The notes under the pieces: generated by a model
Seen by the model: only the letters and a program-made list of their open reading frames with translations
Databases searched by the model: none
What the model was told of the DNA's origin: nothing
Assembly (NCBI GenBank): GCA_045587285.1
Contig: JAZNBZ010000182.1
Span: forward strand, 1-53,438
Source of the DNA: Candidatus Flemingiibacterium sp.
GTDB lineage: Bacteria; Bacillota; Clostridia; Oscillospirales; CAG-272
Direction of reading: 5' to 3'
Length of the DNA: 53,438 nucleotides
Position numbers and translations under genes: made by a program
In this document: positions 1 to 6,163 of the stretch, piece after piece
Layout of the letters: the number at the start of each line of letters is the position of its first letter
Position numbering within the stretch: the stretch's first letter is position 1

Positions 1-915
1 GTGAACACCATTGTGCGCTTTCATACGCTCTGCAAGCCCGGTCGCGCTTCCGCAGAATTCATCTGCGCCGCTCTCTGTGAAGTAGCGGTCCACCTGTTCC
101 ACCGTAGGATCAAGGAGCTTCACCAGCGCAGGATTTTCATCACGCAGAAGCCATGTGCAGGTTTCCTCTGAAAACACCAGCGGAATTTCAATCGTCCGTA
201 TATCTCTGCCGGTGCAGAAAAGGGTTGCCGCATTTTCGGTGCGCTTGTCACGCTGTAATACAAACGAGCTGTCAGCCGCGCCTGAGATTCCGGTTGAACC
301 TGTGAGCATGTTCACCGGATCGCTTGCGCCCTCCTTGCGAAGATGATGTACAACCATTATTGCGATTCCGTGCTTCGTTGCAAGGGATTTCAGAATGCCC
401 ATATCCTTGTAATCCTTCGCGTAGAGATTTGTGTTGCCGATGTCCTCGCGGATCTTCTGAAAGGTATCAACGATCACCAGCTTCGTGTCCGGATTTGCTT
501 CCATGAATGTATCAATCTCATCACAGAACCCGTCTTCAAGCGGCTTGCACTCCACCGCGCATTTCAGAGAGGACGAGCCTTCGTCGGTGATGTCAAGCAG
601 TCGCCGCTGTAGGCGCTCGAAGCTGTCCTCCAGCGCGAGATACAAAACCGTGCCTTGACTTGTTTCATAATTCCATATCGGCTCACCGCGCGCAACTCGT
701 AGCCCGAACCAAAGCATCAGCCACGATTTGCCGATTTTAGACGCACCGCCTATGATGTGCAGCCCCTGCGGTATCAACTCTGACACAACGAACTGCGTGG
801 ACTGCACCGGCGTGCTCACAAGCGTTTCCGCATCCCGTGTATCAAGGCCTGCGAGCCCGAGGAACTCAAGCTGCTGCCGTCGTAATTCTTCATCGAAATT
901 AAATTCTCCGTTCAA
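1..915 (-). CDS. RepA/DnaB-like RecA-fold P-loop ATPase (AAA_25-like), 3' end runs off the window
   Basis: Absent from the ORF track because there is no stop inside the window. Minus-strand TTG at 915 sits 6 nt after GGAGG (926-922). The translation reads LNGEFNFDEELRRQQLEFLGLAGLDTRDAETLVSTPVQSTQFVVSELIPQGLHIIGGASKIGKSWLMLWFGLRVARGEPIWNYETSQGTVLYLALEDSFERLQRRL... It has a Walker A (GxxxxGKS) followed by an LALED strand. Confidence 0.7.
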   Translation of the reverse strand, partial: MNGEFNFDEELRRQQLEFLGLAGLDTRDAETLVSTPVQSTQFVVSELIPQGLHIIGGASKIGKSWLMLWFGLRVARGEPIWNYETSQGTVLYLALEDSFERLQRRLLDITDEGSSSLKCAVECKPLEDGFCDEIDTFMEANPDTKLVIVDTFQKIREDIGNTNLYAKDYKDMGILKSLATKHGIAIMVVHHLRKEGASDPVNMLTGSTGISGAADSSFVLQRDKRTENAATLFCTGRDIRTIEIPLVFSEETCTWLLRDENPALVKLLDPTVEQVDRYFTESGADEFCGSATGLAERMKAHNGVH

Positions 916-974
916 TATTTACCTCCGTATTTTTTACTCCGACCGTACTCTGCGCAGACCGCCGGAGCCTTGTT

Positions 975-1191
975 TTGTCGACAACAAAATTTTACCACAC
1001 ATCTTGACAAAACGCAATAGATAATGTATACTATCTCTACGGTTATCTATTTCGTTATCTAACCGACACAGATTTACAAAATATTCATATGTTTGATTTT
1101 GCCTGGTGTAGCAATGCTTTTTGATATGCTTAGACTCATTTATCTGCCGTTTTGAAAAGATTTTTTGATGAAAAATATTTTTTGTCGACAA
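975..1191. promoter_or_regulatory. Two copies of the perfect palindrome TTGTCGACAA (975-984, 1182-1191) bracketing the promoter of the DUF6076-like gene; putative operators
   Basis: Both copies share the identical 12-mer TTTGTCGACAAC. They lie in the divergent intergenic region between the ATPase and the 1263 gene. Confidence 0.4.
1004..1032 (+). promoter_or_regulatory. sigma-A type promoter TTGACA-17-TATACT
   Basis: -35 at 1004-1009 and -10 at 1027-1032 with a 17-nt spacer. It would give a ~225-nt leader before the ATG at 1263. Confidence 0.5.
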
Positions 1192-1262
1192 CGATATTGC
1201 TAAACAGAAATAAAAAAGTTTGTAAATTTTTCGACTATTTTTGCGTGAGGGAGTGATTTTTC

Positions 1263-2606
1263 ATGGCGAAGCTGCCGCCGAATCCGTTTAAGATTACCGC
1301 ATATTATTCGGGGAATACTTGTATCATAGATGCGAAGCACCGGTATCAAACCTGCGAGGTACTCTGCAAGCTGTTCGATTATCATCCCGATCATGATCTC
1401 GCACTTATGCGTGATGAGCTGAAATCCTTACTGCAGACTCTGCTGTTCAAATTTGATGTAAATTACAGCGCTTGGGAGAATTACGACAAGAACGTATACA
1501 GAGCGCAAAAGGTTCTGAACGACGTGAAGGAGCTTCTGTGCAAGCTTACGCTGTATCGGTATATAACGAATCCAGACACGTTTGATTACGAAGATTTGAT
1601 TCACTGCCTCAGTCTGCACTCGTCTATGTTTGATAAGCACTACGACGACCGAGCAACTCGTGCGGAGCAGGATGATGAGAAAGAAAAAATGCGCGAGCGT
1701 GGTGTACCCGAAGATACCATTAGAAAAATGTTTGATCCCCTCGAAGAGGATGAAGAGGATTACGAGGAAGGCTTTGAAGATCCCAATGAGCAGTACTCCT
1801 TTCATGAGGATGCAAGGTACAAGGAGCGTGACTACGGCTTCTACGACAGCCATGTACTCGAATCGGTTTTGACGTCAAAGGACGATATGCGCCATTTTCA
1901 GCCTTACTGGTACAACGACGATCAGGAGCTGGAGGATTATCTCGGTGCGGAGCTTCTCAACAATGATCTGCGTGCGCTGATTGAGCCGTACATCGATTTG
2001 CTCGACACGCTGACGCATTTGGCGGATACCTACGGGCGTTTTCTCGATGAATACGTTCACTCACGCGGCAAGTTCCTGACGGATGCAGAGATTGCAGAGG
2101 TTTACGAAAATTATGTGAAGGTGGAGGAAAGGCAGATCATCAAGCCCTCCGGCGTGATGTCGCTTGAATGTAAGCCGATCAAGCAAGGCAGCAAATCCGT
2201 GTGGTGCGATGTGTATACATTCAATAGCTTGTCAGCGTTCCTGTACTTCGATTTCTTCCGCGGACTGCGGAGCGGATTTATCCCCAAGCGGTGTGTACAT
2301 TGCGGCAAGTATTTTCTGCTGACTTCGGGGCGGTACTATGACTTCTGCGAGCGTGCAGTGAAGGGGACAAGCGGCAAGACCTGCCGCGATATTGGTGCGC
2401 ATAAGAAGTACGAGGAAAAGTGCAAAAGTGATCCTATATGGCTTGCCTACAATCGAGCGTATAAAAATCACTACGCGAGAGTTCTCAAAAAGAAAATGAC
2501 CAAGTCCGAATTTCGGACTTGGTCGGATTGGGCAAAGGTGTATAGAGATAAGGCGATAGCAGGGAAGGTAAGAATAGAGGAGTATGAGAAGCGGATTCGG
2601 GAGTGA
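1263..2606 (+). CDS. Hypothetical protein, DUF6076-like, acidic middle region and C-terminal Cys cluster (CVHCGKYF...YYDFCER...GKTCRDIG)
   Basis: 447-aa ORF with GGGAG 8 nt upstream of the ATG. The C-terminal zinc-ribbon-like motif and overall layout resemble DUF6076 proteins of clostridial mobile elements. The family call is from memory only. Confidence 0.65.
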   Translation: MAKLPPNPFKITAYYSGNTCIIDAKHRYQTCEVLCKLFDYHPDHDLALMRDELKSLLQTLLFKFDVNYSAWENYDKNVYRAQKVLNDVKELLCKLTLYRYITNPDTFDYEDLIHCLSLHSSMFDKHYDDRATRAEQDDEKEKMRERGVPEDTIRKMFDPLEEDEEDYEEGFEDPNEQYSFHEDARYKERDYGFYDSHVLESVLTSKDDMRHFQPYWYNDDQELEDYLGAELLNNDLRALIEPYIDLLDTLTHLADTYGRFLDEYVHSRGKFLTDAEIAEVYENYVKVEERQIIKPSGVMSLECKPIKQGSKSVWCDVYTFNSLSAFLYFDFFRGLRSGFIPKRCVHCGKYFLLTSGRYYDFCERAVKGTSGKTCRDIGAHKKYEEKCKSDPIWLAYNRAYKNHYARVLKKKMTKSEFRTWSDWAKVYRDKAIAGKVRIEEYEKRIRE

Positions 2607-2620
2607 GGTGAGGTCTGGTA

Positions 2621-2839
2621 ATGAGCAAAGAGATGATTTTTACTGTTTTTTGTTTGGAAAGCTATAAAAACCACAGAAAGTTGACTGGAAAACAGGTGGT
2701 GTCGCTTTTTGAACGGTATGGGGCGTTTGATTATATTCGCGAGTTCTATGAAGTTCTTCACACAACCGGTCATAATTACATCAACAATGACATTGATATT
2801 TATTTGAGTTCCAGAGGATATAGTGTTAATGTTGGATAA
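2621..2839 (+). CDS. DUF3791 domain protein
   Basis: 72 aa: MSKEMIFTVFCLESYKNHRKLTGKQVVSLFERYGAFDYIREFYEVLHTTGHNYINNDIDIYL. This matches the DUF3791 pattern I know. GAGGTGAGG RBS. No DUF3990 partner follows. Confidence 0.6.
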   Translation: MSKEMIFTVFCLESYKNHRKLTGKQVVSLFERYGAFDYIREFYEVLHTTGHNYINNDIDIYLSSRGYSVNVG

Positions 2840-2843
2840 GCGG

Positions 2844-2872
2844 TTGACAAAATTTGGTGAGCGATGTATAAT
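2844..2872 (+). promoter_or_regulatory. Consensus promoter TTGACA-17-TATAAT
   Basis: -35 at 2844-2849 and -10 at 2867-2872. Confidence 0.55.
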
Positions 2873-2878
2873 ATATTC

Positions 2879-2950
2879 AGTGATCGAGTTGCAGAAACCT
2901 GAGAGGCCTGTGACCGGGGGAGTTTCCTGCGGGAACTCCCTCACTTTTTA
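2879..2950 (+). ncRNA. Candidate ~70-nt small RNA (promoter to intrinsic terminator), convergent with the hipA-like gene
   Basis: Predicted TSS is ~2879. The terminator is GGGAGTT (2918-2924) / AACTCCC (2934-2940) with a 9-nt loop, then TCACTTTTT. No ORF with an RBS lies inside. Confidence 0.35.
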
Positions 2951-3025
2951 TGTGACGAAAACCAGCAGCTTACCATCAAGCAATATTAAATCGTTTTTAG
3001 CCATTTTACACCTCGATGCTAATAC

Positions 3026-4075
3026 TCATCTGCTCTCCAAAATTTCATTAAATCTTCCCATAACTAAATCAACAATGACTTGTGACTTAACTCTCATGTT
3101 TAGCCTTTCAATCACATCACGCACAATTGATTCGGTAAGCACAGGAATATATGCACGATAATTTGGATACTCGTCCATAAGCTCATTAAACAATGAGATC
3201 AACATATCCTTAGATCCTGGTTTTGATGGGTACCCACGCGAGATCAATGCCATGTTGTTATCATAGTTCGGAGCAAATCCAATTAACTCTCCCGTCTTGG
3301 TATTTCGCAAAAGTCCGAAGTTGTTTGTGTGCCTATCGGGATTGGCACAAATGGTATCCATAAAGATCATTCTGATATAATCGGGAATAGCATTTGGACA
3401 AATATTTTTGAGTTCATTGATAACGTCAAAATAATCTTCGTTATCCCCCATGAAAGTAGAGGCAGGTTCGAAATTGACCGTTGCGAAGTCAGTAAAATCA
3501 AGTGACTTAATATATCCATCTCCACGCTCATAAATAGCCATATTCATCCCAAGCGCTTTTCCAAGCTCATAAATGAAAAGTTCAGAAAACATTTCGTTAT
3601 GAGTGGCTTTTTTGTACATCCACCATTTTCCGTCGCGAAGCTTCCAGCACTTTTCAAAACTTCCCACATTGGTAAGTTCAGGGGTTTTTGAACGCTTGCT
3701 ATTGGCGGCACGGTTAAAACTGTCATAGTTTCCTTTTAAGGCAAGATTGGAAAAATAGTCATCGGAAAATTTGACATCATTGTAGGTAAGATTAGAACCG
3801 ATTTCACGAATCCAATAATTATCTGTTATCGTCGCTCCGTTCACGTGTATAACGGTAGATATATCATCCTTCTCGTTTAAGCGAAGAGCTTTCTTTAAAA
3901 GACGAGAGTTGGCGCGGTGACTGTCAATAGCACGAGTCTCGAGCCACATATTCGCATTCTGAATTTTGCGTAAATACAAGGGAAGCAAAGTTTCATTCAA
4001 GACAGTAAGCATATTATTCTTCCATACAGCTACAAGAGTATCTCCGCTTAATATTTCGTAATTTCTATTAGTCAT
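3026..4075 (-). CDS. Short HipA-like Ser/Thr kinase (putative type II toxin)
   Basis: 349 aa. Catalytic-loop motif ICANPDRHTNNFGLL (DxHxxN of HipA_C). Its ATG overlaps the stop of the upstream HTH gene by 8 nt (ATGACTAA). GGAGGGGGAG RBS. Confidence 0.7.
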   Translation of the reverse strand: MTNRNYEILSGDTLVAVWKNNMLTVLNETLLPLYLRKIQNANMWLETRAIDSHRANSRLLKKALRLNEKDDISTVIHVNGATITDNYWIREIGSNLTYNDVKFSDDYFSNLALKGNYDSFNRAANSKRSKTPELTNVGSFEKCWKLRDGKWWMYKKATHNEMFSELFIYELGKALGMNMAIYERGDGYIKSLDFTDFATVNFEPASTFMGDNEDYFDVINELKNICPNAIPDYIRMIFMDTICANPDRHTNNFGLLRNTKTGELIGFAPNYDNNMALISRGYPSKPGSKDMLISLFNELMDEYPNYRAYIPVLTESIVRDVIERLNMRVKSQVIVDLVMGRFNEILESR

Positions 4076-4301
4076 TAGACTCCCCCTCCTTCACATTATC
4101 TTCGGGAATAAACTCCATAATATCATCAAGCGTACAGTTAAGTGCCTTACATATCTTGCCCAGAACCTCAACCGTCACATTGTTTCCCGCGCTCATTTTG
4201 CTGATCGTAAAATTGCTTATGCCAGCAAGTTCTGCGAGATCTTTCTTTTTCATATCTCTGTCTATTAGTAATTTCCAAAGTTTCTTATAGCTTACCGCCA
4301 T
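4068..4301 (-). CDS. XRE-family HTH protein (HipB-like antitoxin/repressor)
   Basis: MAVSYKKLWKLLIDRDMKKKDLAELAGISNFTISKMSAGNNVTVEVLGKICKALNCTLDDIMEF. Start moved to the ATG at 4301 (GAGGTG RBS). The track ORF start at 4370 lies inside the promoter. Confidence 0.8.
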   Translation of the reverse strand: MAVSYKKLWKLLIDRDMKKKDLAELAGISNFTISKMSAGNNVTVEVLGKICKALNCTLDDIMEFIPEDNVKEGESND

Positions 4302-4338
4302 TTTGCACCTCACAGTAGTATTTACATTCTGTGCTTTT

Positions 4339-4370
4339 ATTATAGCATAATATTTTATTGTTGTCAACAA
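4339..4370 (-). promoter_or_regulatory. Consensus promoter TTGACA-17-TATAAT whose -35 is embedded in the 13-bp palindrome TTGTTGACAACAA
   Basis: -35 at 4367-4362, -10 at 4344-4339, palindrome at 4358-4370. The palindrome is related to the TTGTCGACAA sites at 975 and 1182. Confidence 0.55.
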
Positions 4371-4518
4371 ACTATTTTAGTGATTGCAAAGTTATTTTTG
4401 CGTTTGATAAAAAACGCTTCGCAAGTCATTTCGTGATTTCTTGCAGTGCAATAATATTGCAACTATATTATAACTTATCCTGCTTATCTTGTAAAAAATA
4501 CAAAAATGCCAAATGCAC

Positions 4519-4547
4519 TTGACAAATGGACCGTTCAGAGTTACAAT
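4519..4547 (+). promoter_or_regulatory. Promoter TTGACA-17-TACAAT
   Basis: -35 at 4519-4524 and -10 at 4542-4547. Confidence 0.55.
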
Positions 4548-4790
4548 AAAAGTACCGAAGCCCCCGATTTTGCCGATTGCATAGCAATTCAGTGCATAGT
4601 GCTGGTGCATAGTGGGTATGATTATGCACCAAATGTACATAGAAGGGGTAACACGAAAATCGCCAAAAAGGGCGTAAAAAGCGTAAATACGGCACGATAT
4701 TCCGAGATATGGCACGATAAAGCCTCAAAACCTTGGTGCATAGGCCCATTGGGGTGGTAGAGGCCGCAAGTTCAAGTCTTGTCACTCAGA

Positions 4791-4825
4791 CCAACAAAAG
4801 GAGATTCGTAAGAATCTCCTTTTTG
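4791..4825 (+). repeat. Direct repeat copy A (ACCAACAAAAGGAGATTCGTAAGAATCT...)
   Basis: About 85 percent identical over ~29 nt to 6042-6076. It covers the CCA tail and terminator of the candidate RNA. Confidence 0.6.
4796..4825 (+). terminator. Intrinsic terminator
   Basis: AAAAGGAGATTC / GTAA tetraloop / GAATCTCCTTTT followed by T. Confidence 0.7.
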
Positions 4826-4834
4826 CTTTGTCAA

Positions 4835-5570
4835 GACAACCACCAGCGGAGCTGGTGGCACTAAAAAGCTTTAGCTATGAGTAGAAAAAGAACCTCCTTT
4901 GATGTATAATAGATTTGGTCTGCCAACCAAACAAAAAAACATCAAAGGAGGATCAAGTCTTGAAGCTTGACATAGATAGTTTAGCACATACGCGATGGAA
5001 TTGCAAGTACCATATTGTATTTGCGCCAAAATACCGAAGACAAATAATATACGGGAAGATAAAAGCAGATATAGGTATTATGTTGCGAAAGCTCTGCGAA
5101 TACAAGGGAGTAGAAATACTTGAAGCAGAGGCATGTAAAGACCATATACATATGCTTGTATCGATACCGCCCAAGTATAGTGTATCTCAAATAATGGGAT
5201 ATCTCAAAGGAAAAAGCAGTTTGATGATATTCGAGAAATATGCAAATTTGAAATACAAATATGGAAATAGGCATTTTTGGTGCAGAGGATATTATGTAGA
5301 TACGGTTGGCCGAAATAAAAAGGCAATTGAGCAGTACATACGGAATCAACTGCAACAAGATTATGAGGATGATCAATTGAGTATAAAAGAGTTTGTTGAC
5401 CCGTTCACGGGTGAGCCAGTAAAAGGAGGCAAATAAGTAAAGCCCCTTTAGGGGCATGCCGGTGAAAGTCGTGCGGTTGGCAGACTTTTCGACGAGCCTT
5501 AAGGCTCAGCCTATGACATGCCCCAAGGGGGCTTATTCAAACCACCGGCACGGCCGGTGGTTATGATTAT
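4835..5570 (+). mobile_element. IS200-type element (IS200/IS605 family, tnpA only)
   Basis: Left-end hairpin CCACCAGC-GGA-GCTGGTGG (4840-4858). Related right-end hairpin AACCACCGGC-ACG-GCCGGTGGTT (5540-5562). A 13-bp stem CCTCCTTTGATGT (4893-4905) / ACATCAAAGGAGG (4939-4951) sequesters the RBS. Size is ~0.73 kb. Ends are approximate. Confidence 0.8.
4960..5436 (+). CDS. tnpA: IS200/IS605 family Y1 (HUH) transposase TnpA
   Basis: ...HTRWNCKYHIVFAPKYRRQIIYGKIK...DHIHMLVSIPPKYSVSQIMGYLKGKSS... shows the HUH motif and Y1 family signature. The probable start is the TTG at 4960, 8 nt after AAGGAGG. Confidence 0.85.
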   Translation: MKLDIDSLAHTRWNCKYHIVFAPKYRRQIIYGKIKADIGIMLRKLCEYKGVEILEAEACKDHIHMLVSIPPKYSVSQIMGYLKGKSSLMIFEKYANLKYKYGNRHFWCRGYYVDTVGRNKKAIEQYIRNQLQQDYEDDQLSIKEFVDPFTGEPVKGGK

Positions 5571-5617
5571 GTAGCGGGGGTTTTTGGGGGATGGCGATGG
5601 TTGCGGCGGCTCGAAAA

Positions 5618-5690
5618 TGGGCGATGTTTTGGGGAGCGAAAGTGGCTCGAAAATGGCTTTGACCACATGTTTGACCACTTTTGTGCAAAA
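5618..5690. repeat. Two pairs of short direct repeats: GGCTCGAAAATGG x2 and TTTGACCAC x2
   Basis: GGCTCGAAAATGG occurs twice about 35 nt apart. TTTGACCACATGTTTGACCAC lies directly downstream. No ORF. Confidence 0.4.
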
Positions 5691-5734
5691 AAGTCTATAT
5701 GCCTCCAGGCTTTTTGACGCTTTGCGATTTTTTT

Positions 5735-5847
5735 ATACAAAATGACGGCGGTTCCCTGCTTTGAGAACCGCCGTTTGCGAATATTCAGAGTTTTTTCTTT
5801 GTCTACTGTGGCGCAAATTTTGAGCTGGAGGCACTTTTTCTACACAA
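5735..5847 (-). ncRNA. Candidate ~110-nt minus-strand transcript
   Basis: Minus-strand promoter TTGACA-16-TATTAT (-35 at 5882-5877, -10 at 5860-5855). A 10-bp hairpin ACGGCGGTTC / GAACCGCCGT (5745-5774) is followed on the minus strand by CATTTTGT. The U-tract is weak. Confidence 0.2.
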
Positions 5848-5879
5848 CTGCCCTATAATAGCAAATTTTTAGATAATGT

Positions 5880-5932
5880 CAAGTTAACGAGGGGAAATTT
5901 GCTTGTTTTATATTTTTACCCTCGTTAACTTG
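5880..5932. repeat. Perfect 14-bp inverted repeat CAAGTTAACGAGGG-N25-CCCTCGTTAACTTG
   Basis: Arms at 5880-5893 and 5919-5932. No flanking U-tract on either strand. The left arm overlaps the -35 of the minus-strand promoter. Confidence 0.6.
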
Positions 5933-6041
5933 GAAATCCTCGCACATTATCGCCCCTAGCGGTCATCTTTGATTTTTCTATCTCTAAGCCAGCTCGTCGT
6001 AGGAACTGTATGTTTAAGTTATATCTGGTATGAACGCTTGA

Positions 6042-6076
6042 ACCAACAAAAATGGAATTCGTAAGAATCTTTTTTG
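6042..6076 (+). repeat. Direct repeat copy B (ACCAACAAAAATGGAATTCGTAAGAATCT...), degenerate
   Basis: Matches 4791-4825. The terminator stem is broken by substitutions. Confidence 0.6.
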
Positions 6077-6110
6077 GATTTATATAGTGAGACTTTTTGA
6101 GGAAATCAAC

Positions 6111-6138
6111 AAAAAATCAGGCAGGTAAATGCGCCTGG
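6111..6138 (-). terminator. Weak intrinsic terminator of the DUF3892 operon
   Basis: On the minus strand, CAGGC-N10-GCCTG is followed by ATTTTTT. Confidence 0.35.
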
Positions 6139-6163
6139 TATCCGCATCACTTGCATGGACGTG

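Larger units (their letters stand above)
4554..4825 (+). ncRNA. Candidate ~270-nt structured RNA with a tRNA-like acceptor/T-arm minihelix and CCA at its 3' end; class unknown
   Basis: Bounded by a promoter and a strong terminator, with no credible ORF. Hairpin GGTGCATA (4604-4611) / TATGCACC (4623-4630). Repeated words: GCATAG x4, GCGTAAA x2, GGCACGATA x2 (4691, 4711). The 3' module is TTGGGGTG (4749-4756) ... GCAAG-TTCAAGT-CTTGT (4766-4782) - CACTCAGA (4783-4790) - CCA. Confidence 0.4.

Noticed and set aside
934-1191. An 85-aa minus-strand ORF in the ATPase / DUF6076 intergenic region
   Set aside because: It is AT-rich, low-complexity and Lys/Asn-rich, has no RBS and covers the promoter and operator region.
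2823-3161. A 112-aa plus-strand ORF downstream of DUF3791 as the missing DUF3990 partner
   Set aside because: It spans a consensus promoter and a terminator and then runs antisense into the hipA-like gene. Its sequence bears no resemblance to DUF3990.
4392-4785. Track ORFs of 84-107 aa overlapping the candidate RNA (4392-4715 and 4468-4785 on minus, 4506-4760 on plus)
   Set aside because: They have no RBS and an odd Cys/His/Trp-rich composition. They overlap one another and span a promoter. They are consistent with non-coding DNA.
4740-4793. A tRNA or tmRNA gene, or a 3' fragment of one, suggested by the GCAAG-TTCAAGT-CTTGT T-arm and terminal CCA
   Set aside because: No complementary 5' acceptor strand (CTGAGTG-like) lies 70-95 nt upstream, and there is no D or anticodon arm. 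The transcript has no GGGG 5' end and no tag-peptide ORF for a tmRNA. It is kept only as a tRNA-like minihelix within a longer candidate RNA.
5592-5663. A 23-codon ORF MAMVAAARKWAMFWGAKVARKWL in the repeat region
   Set aside because: The start is jammed against a G-run with no spacing. The internal repetition simply mirrors the DNA direct repeats.
5618-5690. A small CRISPR-like array
   Set aside because: There are only two copies each of 9-13-nt repeats. Spacing is irregular and there is no repeat of CRISPR length (about 24-40 nt). No cas genes are present in the window.
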